A DNA stretch of 64,000 nucleotides, from the NCBI GenBank assembly GCA_035644135.1, contig DASQPD010000188.1:142079-206078 (forward strand), given 5' to 3'. Position 1 is the stretch's first letter; every line of letters begins with the position of its first letter. The stretch is from Pyrinomonadaceae bacterium (GTDB lineage: Bacteria > Acidobacteriota > Blastocatellia > Pyrinomonadales > Pyrinomonadaceae). The notes under the pieces are model-generated. The model saw only the letters and a list, made by a program, of their open reading frames with translations. It was not told where the DNA came from and did no database searches. Made by a program: the position numbers and the translations under genes. Below are positions 1 through 9,550 of the stretch, piece by piece.

Positions 1-1052
1 CTGACCGCGAGCGGATGTTCAACGAGAATTACGCCTTTTTTTCGTCGACCTCAACGAGGATGGCGGAACATTTTCGCGCCTTCGCCGAGATGGTGGTCAC
101 GAAGTACCTCGGGCAATCCGATCCGTTCGTGGTAGAGCTGGGAAGTAATGACGGGATCATGTTGCAAAATTTTAGGAACCTGGGGATTCGTCATTTGGGA
201 ATCGAGCCCTCAGCGAATGTAGCACAGGTCGCGATTGACAAGGGCATTCGCGCTATCTGCAGGTTTTTCGACGAAGAATTAGCCAGCGAGATCGTCGCAG
301 TTGATGGACAAGCGGACGCGATTCTCGGGGCGAACGTAATGTGCCATATTCCTTATTTGCATTCAGTCGTGGCGGGGATGAAGACTCTGCTGAAACCTGA
401 AGGCGTGATCATTTTCGAGGATCCATATCTTGGGGATATCGTTGAAAAGATCTCCTACGATCAGATCTATGACGAGCATGCCTTCTATTTCTCGCTGGCA
501 TCCGTCTCGTACCTCTTCAACCTGCACGGGTTGGAGGTGATTGATGTCGAGCCTCAGCATGTGCATGGTGGATCAATGCGTTACACCATCTCGCACACGG
601 GCGCCCGCGAGGTGTCGTCTGCTGTCATTGAGTTGCAGGGAAGAGAAGAGGCTCAGGGCCTGCACCGGTTGGAGACATTTGAAAGATTGCGACAAAACAT
701 CGAGCGGTCACGGGACGAGTTGAGATCGCTTTTGACAAATCTGCGTCAAGAAGGGAAGCGCATTGTCGGCTACGGCGCGACTTCCAAAAGCACAACCGTG
801 ACAAATTATTGTGGCATAACACCGGATCTAGTCTCCTTCATCAGCGACACTACACCGATCAAGCAAAACAAATTCAGTCCGGGAGTGCATATCCCGGTTC
901 GCGCATACCAGGAATTCGCGGATCAATATCCAGACTATGCATTACTTTTCGCCTGGAACCATGCAGACGAAATCATGGCGAAAGAGCAGAAGTTTCAGGC
1001 CGCTGGAGGCCAGTGGATAGTCTACGTACCCAATGTCGAGGTGCGTGGATGA
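1..1052 (+). CDS. NDP-hexose C-methyltransferase (class I SAM-dependent), 5' end cut by the window edge
   Basis: The frame is open back to base 3, so the true start lies upstream. SAM-binding motif VVELGSNDG. The C-terminal half (RIVGYGATSKSTT, FAWNHADEI) resembles the TylCIII/EvaC-type sugar C-methyltransferase C-terminal domain. The N-terminal Zn-ribbon expected for this family is missing, consistent with truncation. Confidence 0.8.
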   Translation, partial: DRERMFNENYAFFSSTSTRMAEHFRAFAEMVVTKYLGQSDPFVVELGSNDGIMLQNFRNLGIRHLGIEPSANVAQVAIDKGIRAICRFFDEELASEIVAVDGQADAILGANVMCHIPYLHSVVAGMKTLLKPEGVIIFEDPYLGDIVEKISYDQIYDEHAFYFSLASVSYLFNLHGLEVIDVEPQHVHGGSMRYTISHTGAREVSSAVIELQGREEAQGLHRLETFERLRQNIERSRDELRSLLTNLRQEGKRIVGYGATSKSTTVTNYCGITPDLVSFISDTTPIKQNKFSPGVHIPVRAYQEFADQYPDYALLFAWNHADEIMAKEQKFQAAGGQWIVYVPNVEVRG

Positions 1053-2152
1053 TTCTGTGCAGCAATCCGCAGGCTCAGTATCTTGCGCACCGGGATGAGA
1101 TCGACAGAGTAATTCTGCAAGTCCTCAACAAGGGTTGGTACATCCTTGGGGATGAAGTCAAAGCATTCGAGACGGAATTTGCCGCCTATGTGGGAGTGGC
1201 GCACGGAATCGGTGTTGGCAGCGGCACTGAAGCGCTTGAGTTGGCGCTGAGAGCTTGCCAGATCGGAGAGGGCGACGAAGTCATAACCGTCTCGCACACA
1301 GCCGTCGCCACCGTGTCGGCCATCGAGGCCGCCGGAGCACACCCGGTCCTGGTTGACATTGAGCCTGATTTCTTCACACTCGATCCAGCCAAGCTTTTTG
1401 CAGCCATAACTCCCCGGACTAAAGCTATTATCCCAGTGCATCTGTATGGTCAACCCGCCGATCTGACCCCAATTCTCGATATCGCTCAAGATTACGACTT
1501 AAAAGTTATTGAAGACTGTGCCCAGGCGCATGGAGCAATGTACCGGGGACGCCGCGTCGGCTCGTACGGCGATATTTCCTGCTTCAGTTTTTATCCGACT
1601 AAGAACCTGGGTGCGATCGGTGATGGTGGAATGCTGGTTACCGACGACAAGGCGCTGGCCGAGCGCGCTTTTCTATTGCGGCAATATGGCTGGGTCGAGC
1701 GATATGTCAGCAGCATCCAGGGCGGGAACTCGCGACTGGATGAGATACAAGCCGCTGTCCTTCGGATAAAACTTCCCTACCTGGACAGTGATAACGCAAG
1801 GCGCGCGAGTCTGGCGGCGGAATACGACGAACACCTGGCGGGACTCGACTTGAAACTTCCTCGCCGGCGCTCTGATGCCCAACATGTCTATCATTTATAC
1901 GTTGTCCGATCGCCTCAGCGGGATGGGCTTCAGACTTACCTGAAGTCCCGGGAGATCGGGGCTTTGGTCCATTATCCGGTGCCGATACATCTTCAACCCG
2001 CTTACCACAATCGGCTGCGCGGCAGTGACGAGTTACCTGAAACAGAACGAGCGGCCAGGGAAGTTCTTTCACTACCCATGTATCCGGAACTTGCCGAAGC
2101 GCAACTGCAAACTGTTGTCAGCGAGATCCGAACGTTCTTAAGGAGTGTATAA
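1049..2152 (+). CDS. DegT/DnrJ/EryC1/StrS-family PLP-dependent sugar aminotransferase
   Basis: The ATG at 1049 overlaps the upstream stop (ATGA), and the 809 start in the track is an upstream extension. The N-terminus AQYLAHRDEIDRVILQVLNKGWYILGDEVKAFE is typical of the family. PLP-lysine motif SFYPTKNLGAIGDGG. Confidence 0.9.
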   Translation: MILCSNPQAQYLAHRDEIDRVILQVLNKGWYILGDEVKAFETEFAAYVGVAHGIGVGSGTEALELALRACQIGEGDEVITVSHTAVATVSAIEAAGAHPVLVDIEPDFFTLDPAKLFAAITPRTKAIIPVHLYGQPADLTPILDIAQDYDLKVIEDCAQAHGAMYRGRRVGSYGDISCFSFYPTKNLGAIGDGGMLVTDDKALAERAFLLRQYGWVERYVSSIQGGNSRLDEIQAAVLRIKLPYLDSDNARRASLAAEYDEHLAGLDLKLPRRRSDAQHVYHLYVVRSPQRDGLQTYLKSREIGALVHYPVPIHLQPAYHNRLRGSDELPETERAAREVLSLPMYPELAEAQLQTVVSEIRTFLRSV

Positions 2153-2154
2153 CG

Positions 2155-2613
2155 GTGATTGAAGGCGTGTCGCTTAAAGACTTAGTTACCTACCCGGACG
2201 AGCGCGGCTTTTTTCGAGAGCTGATTCGATTTTCAGATGATTTCTTTGCCGAGGGTTTCGGGCAGTGGAGCCACTCGTTGATGTATACAGGTGTCGCCAA
2301 GGCATGGCACATACACAAAGTACAAGTAGATTGGTGGTACGTGCCGAGCGGCGTATTGAAGGTCGCCTTGCACGATACGCGTGCGGATTCAACGACCTAT
2401 CGGGAAACCATGGAGCTTCTGATGGGTGACAACCAGCCGTCCAAAGTCCTGCGTATCCCACCCGGTGTGGCGCATGGTTGCAAGTGCATTAGTGGCCCCG
2501 CTCATCTCTTTTATGTCACTTCGAAAGTATATGACCCCGCGGACGAAGGACGAATCCCCCACGACGATCCGGCAATCGGATATGACTGGGTGAAGGGACC
2601 TGCTATTAAGTAG
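2155..2613 (+). CDS. RmlC-like cupin (dTDP-4-keto-6-deoxyhexose 3,5-epimerase or 3,4-ketoisomerase family)
   Basis: GTG start 3 nt after the upstream stop. Family-typical stretches are DERGFFRE, WHIHK.Q.DWWYV and IPPGVAHG. At 152 aa it is short for canonical RmlC. Confidence 0.75.
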   Translation: MIEGVSLKDLVTYPDERGFFRELIRFSDDFFAEGFGQWSHSLMYTGVAKAWHIHKVQVDWWYVPSGVLKVALHDTRADSTTYRETMELLMGDNQPSKVLRIPPGVAHGCKCISGPAHLFYVTSKVYDPADEGRIPHDDPAIGYDWVKGPAIK

Positions 2614-2619
2614 GGTTCT

Positions 2620-3441
2620 ATGAAGATAGGCCGAATCGTCAGGAGGCTTGTCCCACCCATATTACTCGATCTGTTTTACTTCGCGCCTCGCCACCACGAG
2701 ACGGCAGATAAGATATGGGAAGGAATCTATCCTCACTATAGGGATGTGCCGGTCTCCGGCCCGTTGTTTGACAGCGATACCTGGACCGCCAAGACCCGGT
2801 CCTACACAAGGCAGGTACTGGTTTCGGCAAAGCAAAGCCGCACGATTCCATTATCGGTCACCGGAGAGCACATGCTGCTGCCGCTGTTAGCGGCCGTAGT
2901 CTGCGAGACGTCCGGCGGCGAACTCAACATTCTGGATTTCGGCGGCGGAATGGGTATCACCTATGTTCATTTAATGAGCAGTTTGGTAAATTGCCGGTCC
3001 CTTAACTATCATGTCATCGAGCGAGCGGGAATTTGCAAGGAAGGCGCCGCACTCTTTGAAACGGACGACCGGATCCATTTTTGGACGGAGGTCCCGGAAA
3101 ATCTAGCTAAACTTGATATCGTCTACATGAGCAGCGCGCTCCAGTACGTAGAAGACTATCGCTCGCTGTTAAGACGACTGGCGGCCCTGGGGGCCAGGTA
3201 TTTTCTTTTCGTGAAACTCTCAGCGGGTGACTTTCCGACGTATGCGACTGCTCAAAAAAACGTGCCCGGCACCACACTGCCTTACTGGTTTCTTAATATT
3301 GACGAACTTGTAGAAGTGATGGCTGAAAGTGGTTATTCGTTGAGGTACAAAAGCGCCCTGGATCAGGAATACGATCAGAGCAACTTTCCGTCGAAATATC
3401 GACTGGGCCGAGCGTGCAATCTCCTTTTCTCAAAAATCTGA
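2620..3441 (+). CDS. SAM-dependent methyltransferase (sugar-cluster-associated family)
   Basis: Glycine-rich SAM motif ILDFGGGMGITY, with acidic residues after the following strands (HVIERAG, IVYMSSALQYVED). It resembles the methyltransferase family often found in O-antigen loci (TIGR04325-like, recalled from memory). Confidence 0.65.
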   Translation: MKIGRIVRRLVPPILLDLFYFAPRHHETADKIWEGIYPHYRDVPVSGPLFDSDTWTAKTRSYTRQVLVSAKQSRTIPLSVTGEHMLLPLLAAVVCETSGGELNILDFGGGMGITYVHLMSSLVNCRSLNYHVIERAGICKEGAALFETDDRIHFWTEVPENLAKLDIVYMSSALQYVEDYRSLLRRLAALGARYFLFVKLSAGDFPTYATAQKNVPGTTLPYWFLNIDELVEVMAESGYSLRYKSALDQEYDQSNFPSKYRLGRACNLLFSKI

Positions 3442-3457
3442 TCCGGCTTCAACAGGG

Positions 3458-4120
3458 ATGAATAAGGCGACGAACAAATTACCGCCGAAGATTATCCTCT
3501 GGGGTGGTACCGGTCAGGCAAAAGTTGTGCGTCCGATCGTCGAGTGGTTCGGCTCAAGAGTGGTGGCAGTCTTTGATGATACACCCGATCTTAGAGCGCC
3601 GTTTGCTGATGTGGATCTCCACTGTGGGAAAGAGGGATTCCTCAGATGGATTGCCAGCCAGCGGCGAGAAGAGATAGGTTTTTCTATCACCATCGGCAAT
3701 CCCCATGGTCGCGTTCGGCTGCGGCTGCACGATTTGTTGGTAAGTGAGGGGCTGAGACCAGTCAGCGTGATCCATCCGTCAGCCTGGATAGCGGAAAATG
3801 CGGTAATCGGCGATGGCGCCCAGATTATGGCTGGAGCTATCGTCGGCGCAGAGGCCACGCTTGGCCGCCAATGCATTATCAACACCAAAGCGAGTGTCGA
3901 TCACGAAGATATCCTGGACGACGGTGTTGAGATTGCTCCAGGCGCAACCCTTTGCGGACTTGTTCACGTGGGCGTGAACGCCTGGGTTTGTGCCGGGGCC
4001 ACTGTTCTGCCGCGAATTAAGATCGGAGCAGATGCAAGAGTTGGCGCGGGAGCAGTGGTTACCAGGGACGTGCCTAACGGCGCGACCGTGGTGGGAGTTC
4101 CCGCCAGGTCTTTAAACTGA
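3458..4120 (+). CDS. NeuD/PglD-family sugar N/O-acyltransferase (left-handed beta-helix)
   Basis: N-terminal Rossmann-like segment IILWGGTGQAKVV...VAVFDD is followed by hexapeptide repeats (IGDGAQIMAGAIVGAEATLG, VGVNAWVCAGATV, IGADARVGAGAVV). Confidence 0.85.
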   Translation: MNKATNKLPPKIILWGGTGQAKVVRPIVEWFGSRVVAVFDDTPDLRAPFADVDLHCGKEGFLRWIASQRREEIGFSITIGNPHGRVRLRLHDLLVSEGLRPVSVIHPSAWIAENAVIGDGAQIMAGAIVGAEATLGRQCIINTKASVDHEDILDDGVEIAPGATLCGLVHVGVNAWVCAGATVLPRIKIGADARVGAGAVVTRDVPNGATVVGVPARSLN

Positions 4121-4133
4121 GGAGAGTTGTTAC

Positions 4134-5279
4134 ATGGAACCCATCTACATGGCAGGGCCTTCAATTACGGAACATGAAATCGCCGTCGTTAACGACGCGA
4201 TGCGTTCTGGCTGGTACGAAAAACCCTATTGGTATGTCGAGACCTTCCAAAAAGAGTTCGCTGCTTACCACGGCCGGAAGTACGGGATCATGACGCCGAA
4301 TTGCACCATGTCTATCCACTTGCTTCTTACTGCCCTGGGAATCAGCGACGGAGACGAGGTGATAGTTCCCGAATGCACCTGGATAGCCACTGCCGCGCCC
4401 GTTTCTTACCTCCGCGCGACGCCGGTGTTCTGTGACATTGAACCGGTCAACTGGTGCCTCGATCCCGAGTCGGTTGAGCGCTGCATAACACCCCGGACCA
4501 GGGCCATCATCGCAGTGGATTTATTTGGGAACATGCCTGTCATGGATGAAGTGGTCTCGTTGGCGGAGAAACACGGCATTCCCCTGATTGAAGATTCAGC
4601 AGAAGCATTGGGCTCGATCTATAAGGGAACCCGGGCGGGTAAGTTTGGTGTCGGTTCTGTCTTCAGTTTTCATCGCACAAAAACTCTCGTTACCGGGGAA
4701 GGCGGAATGCTGCTGCTAGATGACGACAAGTTGTATGAGCGCTGCATGTTCCTGCGTGACCACGGGCGCAAGCCGGGAGGGCCCGTCTACTACAACTATG
4801 AAGTGACTTACAAATACATGCCTTTTAACCTGCAAGCCGCGCTTGGCTACGCTCAATTTCAAAGACTTGACGAGTTGGTGAACAAGAAACGAGAAATCTG
4901 GCAGATGTATAAAGAGCGTTTAGCTGGTGTCGACGATATCGAATTGAATGCAGAGCCCGAGGGTGTATACAACAGCGTATGGATTACGGGATTGGTGTTT
5001 GGCAAGAGTCATAATTTGAGCAAACTGGATGCTATGGCAAGACTGTCTGAGCTCGGTCTGCCATCGCGGCCCTTCTTTTATCCGCTCTCATCGTTACCAG
5101 CGTATCCTGGTTTTGAAGAACGCTACCGCCCCCAGAACCCACGCTCGTATGACATATCGGCACGTGCTATAAACTTGCCAGGTGCTCTCAACCTGACCGT
5201 CGATCAAATCGATGCCGTGTGTGACGGCATCAAGAAAGTCTGCGAACAATCACGCTCTGCGCTGGTGGGATCATCGTAG
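4134..5279 (+). CDS. DegT/DnrJ/EryC1/StrS-family sugar aminotransferase (second copy)
   Basis: PLP-lysine motif SFHRTKTLVTGEGGML and family-typical stretches ITEHEIAVVNDAMRSGW and EFAAYHG. Confidence 0.9.
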   Translation: MEPIYMAGPSITEHEIAVVNDAMRSGWYEKPYWYVETFQKEFAAYHGRKYGIMTPNCTMSIHLLLTALGISDGDEVIVPECTWIATAAPVSYLRATPVFCDIEPVNWCLDPESVERCITPRTRAIIAVDLFGNMPVMDEVVSLAEKHGIPLIEDSAEALGSIYKGTRAGKFGVGSVFSFHRTKTLVTGEGGMLLLDDDKLYERCMFLRDHGRKPGGPVYYNYEVTYKYMPFNLQAALGYAQFQRLDELVNKKREIWQMYKERLAGVDDIELNAEPEGVYNSVWITGLVFGKSHNLSKLDAMARLSELGLPSRPFFYPLSSLPAYPGFEERYRPQNPRSYDISARAINLPGALNLTVDQIDAVCDGIKKVCEQSRSALVGSS

Positions 5280-5418
5280 GGCAGCAGGTATCATCTCGAT
5301 TGCTTCCAGGAAAAACCACCGCCTCGAAAATGATCGGTCTTCATTCGCCCGCTTATGATTCGTGTATCGTGAAGTCGCCATCACGTTGAATTTCATGCCT
5401 TGCGATAAGGGGATGTGA

Positions 5419-6429
5419 GTGTCGGAAAGCACAGATAAGCAGACCTTGCCGTTGCTGACGGGGCAAAGAGTATTGATTACCGGAGGGCTTGGCTTTGTCG
5501 GCAGCAACCTTGCTCACAGGTGTCTCGGTCTCGGCGCCGCGGTAACAGTTTATGATTGTCTGGATTCGCGCTCCGGCGGAAACATGTACAACATCCAGGA
5601 TATCCGTGATGACGTTCGTGTGATCGTTAATGATATTCGTAATCTGGAGGGAGTTGGTTCTGCCATTCTGAATCAAGACATCGTTTTCAATTGCGCCGCA
5701 TATACTTCACACCCGAATTCCATGCGCGAGCCCTTGACTGATATCGACGTCAATTGCAAAGGGGTGATCAATTTACTGGAAGCCGCGCGACGGTTCAGTC
5801 CGGAAATCAAGATCGTCCATGTGGGGACGAGCACGCAGATCGGGAGAATGCAATTCAACCCCGTCACCGAGGTACATCCCGAGTTTCCGGTTGATATTTA
5901 CTCGGCGAACAAAAGCGCCGCCGAGAAATACGTCTTGATATACGGCGCCGCTTATCAGATGAGAACTACGGTGGTGCGGCTGGCAAATGTGTTTGGTCCC
6001 CGTTCGAATATCAAGAGTAGCGACTTTGGTTTCATTAATTACTTTATTGGCCGGGCCCTCCAGGGTAAGGAATTGACGGTTTATGGCGACGGCCTCCAGC
6101 TGCGCAATATTACCTATGTGGACGATTGCGTCGCGGCACTGGTGTTGGCGGCCAGTGAAGAAACTAGTAACGATCAGGTGTTTTTTGCGGTTGCGGATAA
6201 GCAGTACAGCATCGCGGAAATCGCCAAAACCCTGGAAGAGAAGATTGGTGGCAAAGTCAAGTTTGTCGAGTGGCCGGCGGAGCGCAAGGCCATTGAGATC
6301 GGAGACGCCGTTATCAGCAATGCGAAAATAAAGACCCTGCTCAAGTGGAACCCCCTGTTTGATCTGCAGACGGGCCTGGTCAAGACCCGGGACTATTTCA
6401 CCTCCTGTTTGAATCACTACATAAGATAG
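5419..6429 (+). CDS. NAD-dependent nucleotide-sugar epimerase/dehydratase (extended SDR)
   Basis: GTG start. Rossmann motif TGGLGFVGSNL and catalytic YSANK (YxxxK). Confidence 0.85.
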   Translation: MSESTDKQTLPLLTGQRVLITGGLGFVGSNLAHRCLGLGAAVTVYDCLDSRSGGNMYNIQDIRDDVRVIVNDIRNLEGVGSAILNQDIVFNCAAYTSHPNSMREPLTDIDVNCKGVINLLEAARRFSPEIKIVHVGTSTQIGRMQFNPVTEVHPEFPVDIYSANKSAAEKYVLIYGAAYQMRTTVVRLANVFGPRSNIKSSDFGFINYFIGRALQGKELTVYGDGLQLRNITYVDDCVAALVLAASEETSNDQVFFAVADKQYSIAEIAKTLEEKIGGKVKFVEWPAERKAIEIGDAVISNAKIKTLLKWNPLFDLQTGLVKTRDYFTSCLNHYIR

Positions 6430-6433
6430 TCGT

Positions 6434-7372
6434 ATGCGAATAGTAATTACGGGCGCCATAGGCCATATCGGCTCGCACTTCATTCGGGGAATTCCCACCG
6501 CATTTCCCAGCGCGGAGATCGTTCTCCTCGACGACCTTTCGACCCAGCGTTATTGCTCGTTGTTCGATTTGCCGGTTGAAGGTCGATACCGTTTCATCGA
6601 AGCGGATGTGCTATCCGCGGATCTCCGCGAGTTGTTTGCCGGCGCCGATGTGGTCGTCCACCTCGCAGCCATTACTAACGCAACTGCCAGCTTTGATATT
6701 CAGCAAAGAGTTGAAGAGGTCAATTTCTCCGGCACTGAGAGAGTGGCGCGAGCGTGCATCCACGCGGGCTGCGCACTGATTTTCCCATCAACCACCAGCG
6801 TCTATGGCACGCAGGCCGAAGTGGTTGACGAGAATTGCCCGCTCGAAGATCTAAAGCCGCAAAGTCCGTACGCCGAATCCAAGCTGAAAGCGGAGCGGCT
6901 GCTCCAAAAGTTCGGCGCTGATGAAGGGTTGCGGTTTCTGATTTGCCGTTTCGGAACGATCTTTGGGACCTCGATTGGAATGCGGTTTCATACAGCAATA
7001 AACAAATTCTGCTGGCAAGCTGTAATGGGCCAGCCCATTACAGTCTGGAGAACAGCGCTTCATCAGAATCGCCCTTATCTGGACTTGGGCGATGCCGTCA
7101 GAAGCCTCGATTTCATCATTCAGCATCGGTTATACGATCGCCAGCTCTATAACGTCGTGACCGTCAACACGAGCGTGAATGACATTATCGACATAATCCG
7201 GACTCACGTGCCGGACCTTAAGATCGAGTATGTCGACACAAAGATCATGAACCAACTCTCGTATCATGTATCAAACGATCTGTTTAAGGACCTTGGCTTT
7301 CAATTCAAAGGCGATTTGCGAAGCGGAATAGGCGAAACAGTCCGGTTACTGCAGCAGGCACACAAATGGTGA
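6434..7372 (+). CDS. NAD-dependent nucleotide-sugar epimerase/reductase (extended SDR)
   Basis: Rossmann motif TGAIGHIGSHF and catalytic YAESK. It starts 4 nt after the upstream stop. Confidence 0.8.
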   Translation: MRIVITGAIGHIGSHFIRGIPTAFPSAEIVLLDDLSTQRYCSLFDLPVEGRYRFIEADVLSADLRELFAGADVVVHLAAITNATASFDIQQRVEEVNFSGTERVARACIHAGCALIFPSTTSVYGTQAEVVDENCPLEDLKPQSPYAESKLKAERLLQKFGADEGLRFLICRFGTIFGTSIGMRFHTAINKFCWQAVMGQPITVWRTALHQNRPYLDLGDAVRSLDFIIQHRLYDRQLYNVVTVNTSVNDIIDIIRTHVPDLKIEYVDTKIMNQLSYHVSNDLFKDLGFQFKGDLRSGIGETVRLLQQAHKW

Positions 7373-8160
7373 AGGATCGTGGCAGCGAGAAAATGAACAC
7401 AAATCCACCAGTGAAGGACCACATGCGCACACGAGACGAGTTTGAAGAGTCAAGGATTCAGTGGGCCAGGAACATGGCGGCGGACTCAGTTCTGGGCGAG
7501 AAGTCGCTCGAAGTCCTCACAGATGCCGATCGTTACAATTGGATTCACCAAACAACGTGGTTCGGCGAGCCGCTTTTGCAGCTGCCTCAGGACATGTTTG
7601 CCTTGCAGGAAATTATTTTCCGGACCAGGCCGAGATTCATTATCGAAGTAGGAGTAGCCTGGGGCGGCTCGTTGCTGTTCTATTCAACGTTAATGGAGGT
7701 GCTGGGAGGAGAGCGCATTATCGGCATTGACATTTACATTCCAGATGACCTGCAGGAAAGGATCGCCGCTTTCGGAAAACTTGCAGAAAGGATCACCTGG
7801 ATCAACGGCTCGTCGATTGACCTCGCTACTCTGGACCGCGTGAAACAAATCCTCGCTGGCTCTCGCGATGTTTTGATAGTGCTCGATTCAAACCACACTC
7901 ACGATCACGTGCTGCAGGAGTTACGTTTGTATTCACCTTTAGTTGGTAGGGGGAAGTATCTGGTTTGTGGCGACACAGTGGTTGAATTCATGCCCGAGCA
8001 GACCCACCGGCCAAGGCCCTGGGGGCCGGGCAACAATCCAAAAACGGCCCTGGACGCTTTTCTTGCAGAAAACAAAAGATTTCGCGTTGATGAACGGCTC
8101 GAGAACAAACTGTTGTTCACCTGTAATCCCGGCGGCTACCTGGTCTGCTGCGAGGAATAG
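7366..8160 (+). CDS. CmcI (cephalosporin hydroxylase)-family methyltransferase, probable sugar O-methyltransferase
   Basis: The stretch WFGEPLLQLPQDMFALQEIIFRTRPRFIIEVGVAWGGSLLFY is typical of the CmcI family. The start overlaps the upstream stop, and an alternative ATG lies at 7390. Confidence 0.75.
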   Translation: MVKDRGSEKMNTNPPVKDHMRTRDEFEESRIQWARNMAADSVLGEKSLEVLTDADRYNWIHQTTWFGEPLLQLPQDMFALQEIIFRTRPRFIIEVGVAWGGSLLFYSTLMEVLGGERIIGIDIYIPDDLQERIAAFGKLAERITWINGSSIDLATLDRVKQILAGSRDVLIVLDSNHTHDHVLQELRLYSPLVGRGKYLVCGDTVVEFMPEQTHRPRPWGPGNNPKTALDAFLAENKRFRVDERLENKLLFTCNPGGYLVCCEE

Positions 8161-8200
8161 AGGAATAGAAGGTGGACCAGCAAGAAACCCTGACGAAGTT

Positions 8201-9400
8201 ATGAATAAGAACCCGGACCTGACCATCCTGCTAACGTTGTGGGATCGAGTGCCCTGCACGTTTCGTTGGATGAGTTACGCAAGTAAAATCAATCTTCCGT
8301 TTAAGGTCTTGATTGCCGATGGCGGGTCAGATCAATCCGTGCCTGCAGCCCTTGCGGATCCCGCGAGGTACCCGAATGTGGACTATGAATACATTCGGTA
8401 TCCCTATGACGCTACCCCGACGCACTATTACGCCAAGGTGCTGGATGCGCTCGGCCGGGTTAAGACCGCTTTCGTCGTGCTTGGTGATAATGACGACTTT
8501 TTTGTGATCGATGCGCTGCTTCGGAGTGTGGAATTCCTCAAGGGGCACCCCGATTTCAGCTCGTGTCGCGGAATCATTGGCGGTGTCAGGATATCGCCCG
8601 ATCCGGCTTATGGTGAATTCAGCAACGTTTATGGAAACCAAGTGTCGTTCGTAAGCAAGGTGTATCCGGATAAGTCCACCCTTGAAGAGACCGCGGTGGG
8701 ACGCGTGCATAACTATTTTTCAAGCTACCGGGCAAATTGGTACGACGTGTTTCGCACTGAACAGACCAGAATGAGTTTTCGCGTGTTGCGTGACCTGGAC
8801 ACACAAGATCTGATTTTGTCTCAGCACATTCCGATGCTCCTCGGAGTTATTGCCGGCAAGGTCCAGGTCGAGCCTTACTTATACCTGGTCCGCCAGTTGG
8901 AAGGACTGACCTCCTGCGATCAGATTGAGACTCGCGAAAAAGGAGATCTTTTCGATCGTATGCTCGCGGATTCGTGGTCCGCCGACTTCAAAGGGTTTCT
9001 CGATGCGATGTCGGCTGCTGTCTCCGAGAAAGACGGGATCTCAATCGAAATGGCTCGACAGCGGATCAAGGAAGGTTATCGAACGCTGATGACCCCGGGC
9101 ATTGTCGGGTGTCTGTTAGGATCCCTTCCCCCGGGCCGTTCGACCCGAATAAAGCAAAAACTGAGTTCACACATGGGACCCGCGGGTACTGCGCTGTTGA
9201 AGCTCTATCCGGCTGTTTCTCGCCTGATCAGCGGACAACCTTTGGCGAGCGCTCGCGATTCTATTTCAGCTGAGGACGCCATAAGAACGGACGTCGCTTT
9301 CAAACCTATTTACGAATTCCTGGCCATCCCGCCTCAATCGATTCCCGACTCTCGGCAAACCGATTTCCGCAGTGACTTGCAATACAGCAGTTCGAGCTAG
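8201..9400 (+). CDS. GT-A-like (family-2-like) glycosyltransferase, uncharacterised subfamily
   Basis: The ATG at 8201 follows the stop of the previous gene, and the 7943 start in the track overlaps it. N-terminus LTILLTLWDR...KVLIADGGSD plus a DxD-like LGDNDDFF. The C-terminal 250 aa have no motif I recognise. Confidence 0.45.
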   Translation: MNKNPDLTILLTLWDRVPCTFRWMSYASKINLPFKVLIADGGSDQSVPAALADPARYPNVDYEYIRYPYDATPTHYYAKVLDALGRVKTAFVVLGDNDDFFVIDALLRSVEFLKGHPDFSSCRGIIGGVRISPDPAYGEFSNVYGNQVSFVSKVYPDKSTLEETAVGRVHNYFSSYRANWYDVFRTEQTRMSFRVLRDLDTQDLILSQHIPMLLGVIAGKVQVEPYLYLVRQLEGLTSCDQIETREKGDLFDRMLADSWSADFKGFLDAMSAAVSEKDGISIEMARQRIKEGYRTLMTPGIVGCLLGSLPPGRSTRIKQKLSSHMGPAGTALLKLYPAVSRLISGQPLASARDSISAEDAIRTDVAFKPIYEFLAIPPQSIPDSRQTDFRSDLQYSSSS

Positions 9401-9550
9401 GGTTGCCTTCTACGACAGATTAGATAAACATTCCAACTGCATTTCACCAGGGGGTTTCGGGAACGAGAGCCTGCCGCGAAGGTTATCGCAACGAGGAGTG
9501 TTTGTGGTGGGGAACGCCGTTTACGATTCTACTTTCACAATTCGCAACTG

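Noticed and set aside
809-1048. Several track ORFs carry 5' extensions: 809-1048, 7943-8200, 20358-20414, 24864-24959, 32285-32338, 43032-43262, 47048-47089, 47517-47534, 51351-51455, 55614-55715 and 59305-59370.
   Set aside because: The extensions overlap the preceding gene or lack similarity to the family N-terminus. Internal ATG/GTG codons that follow the upstream stop or an SD give proteins that begin where the family normally begins.
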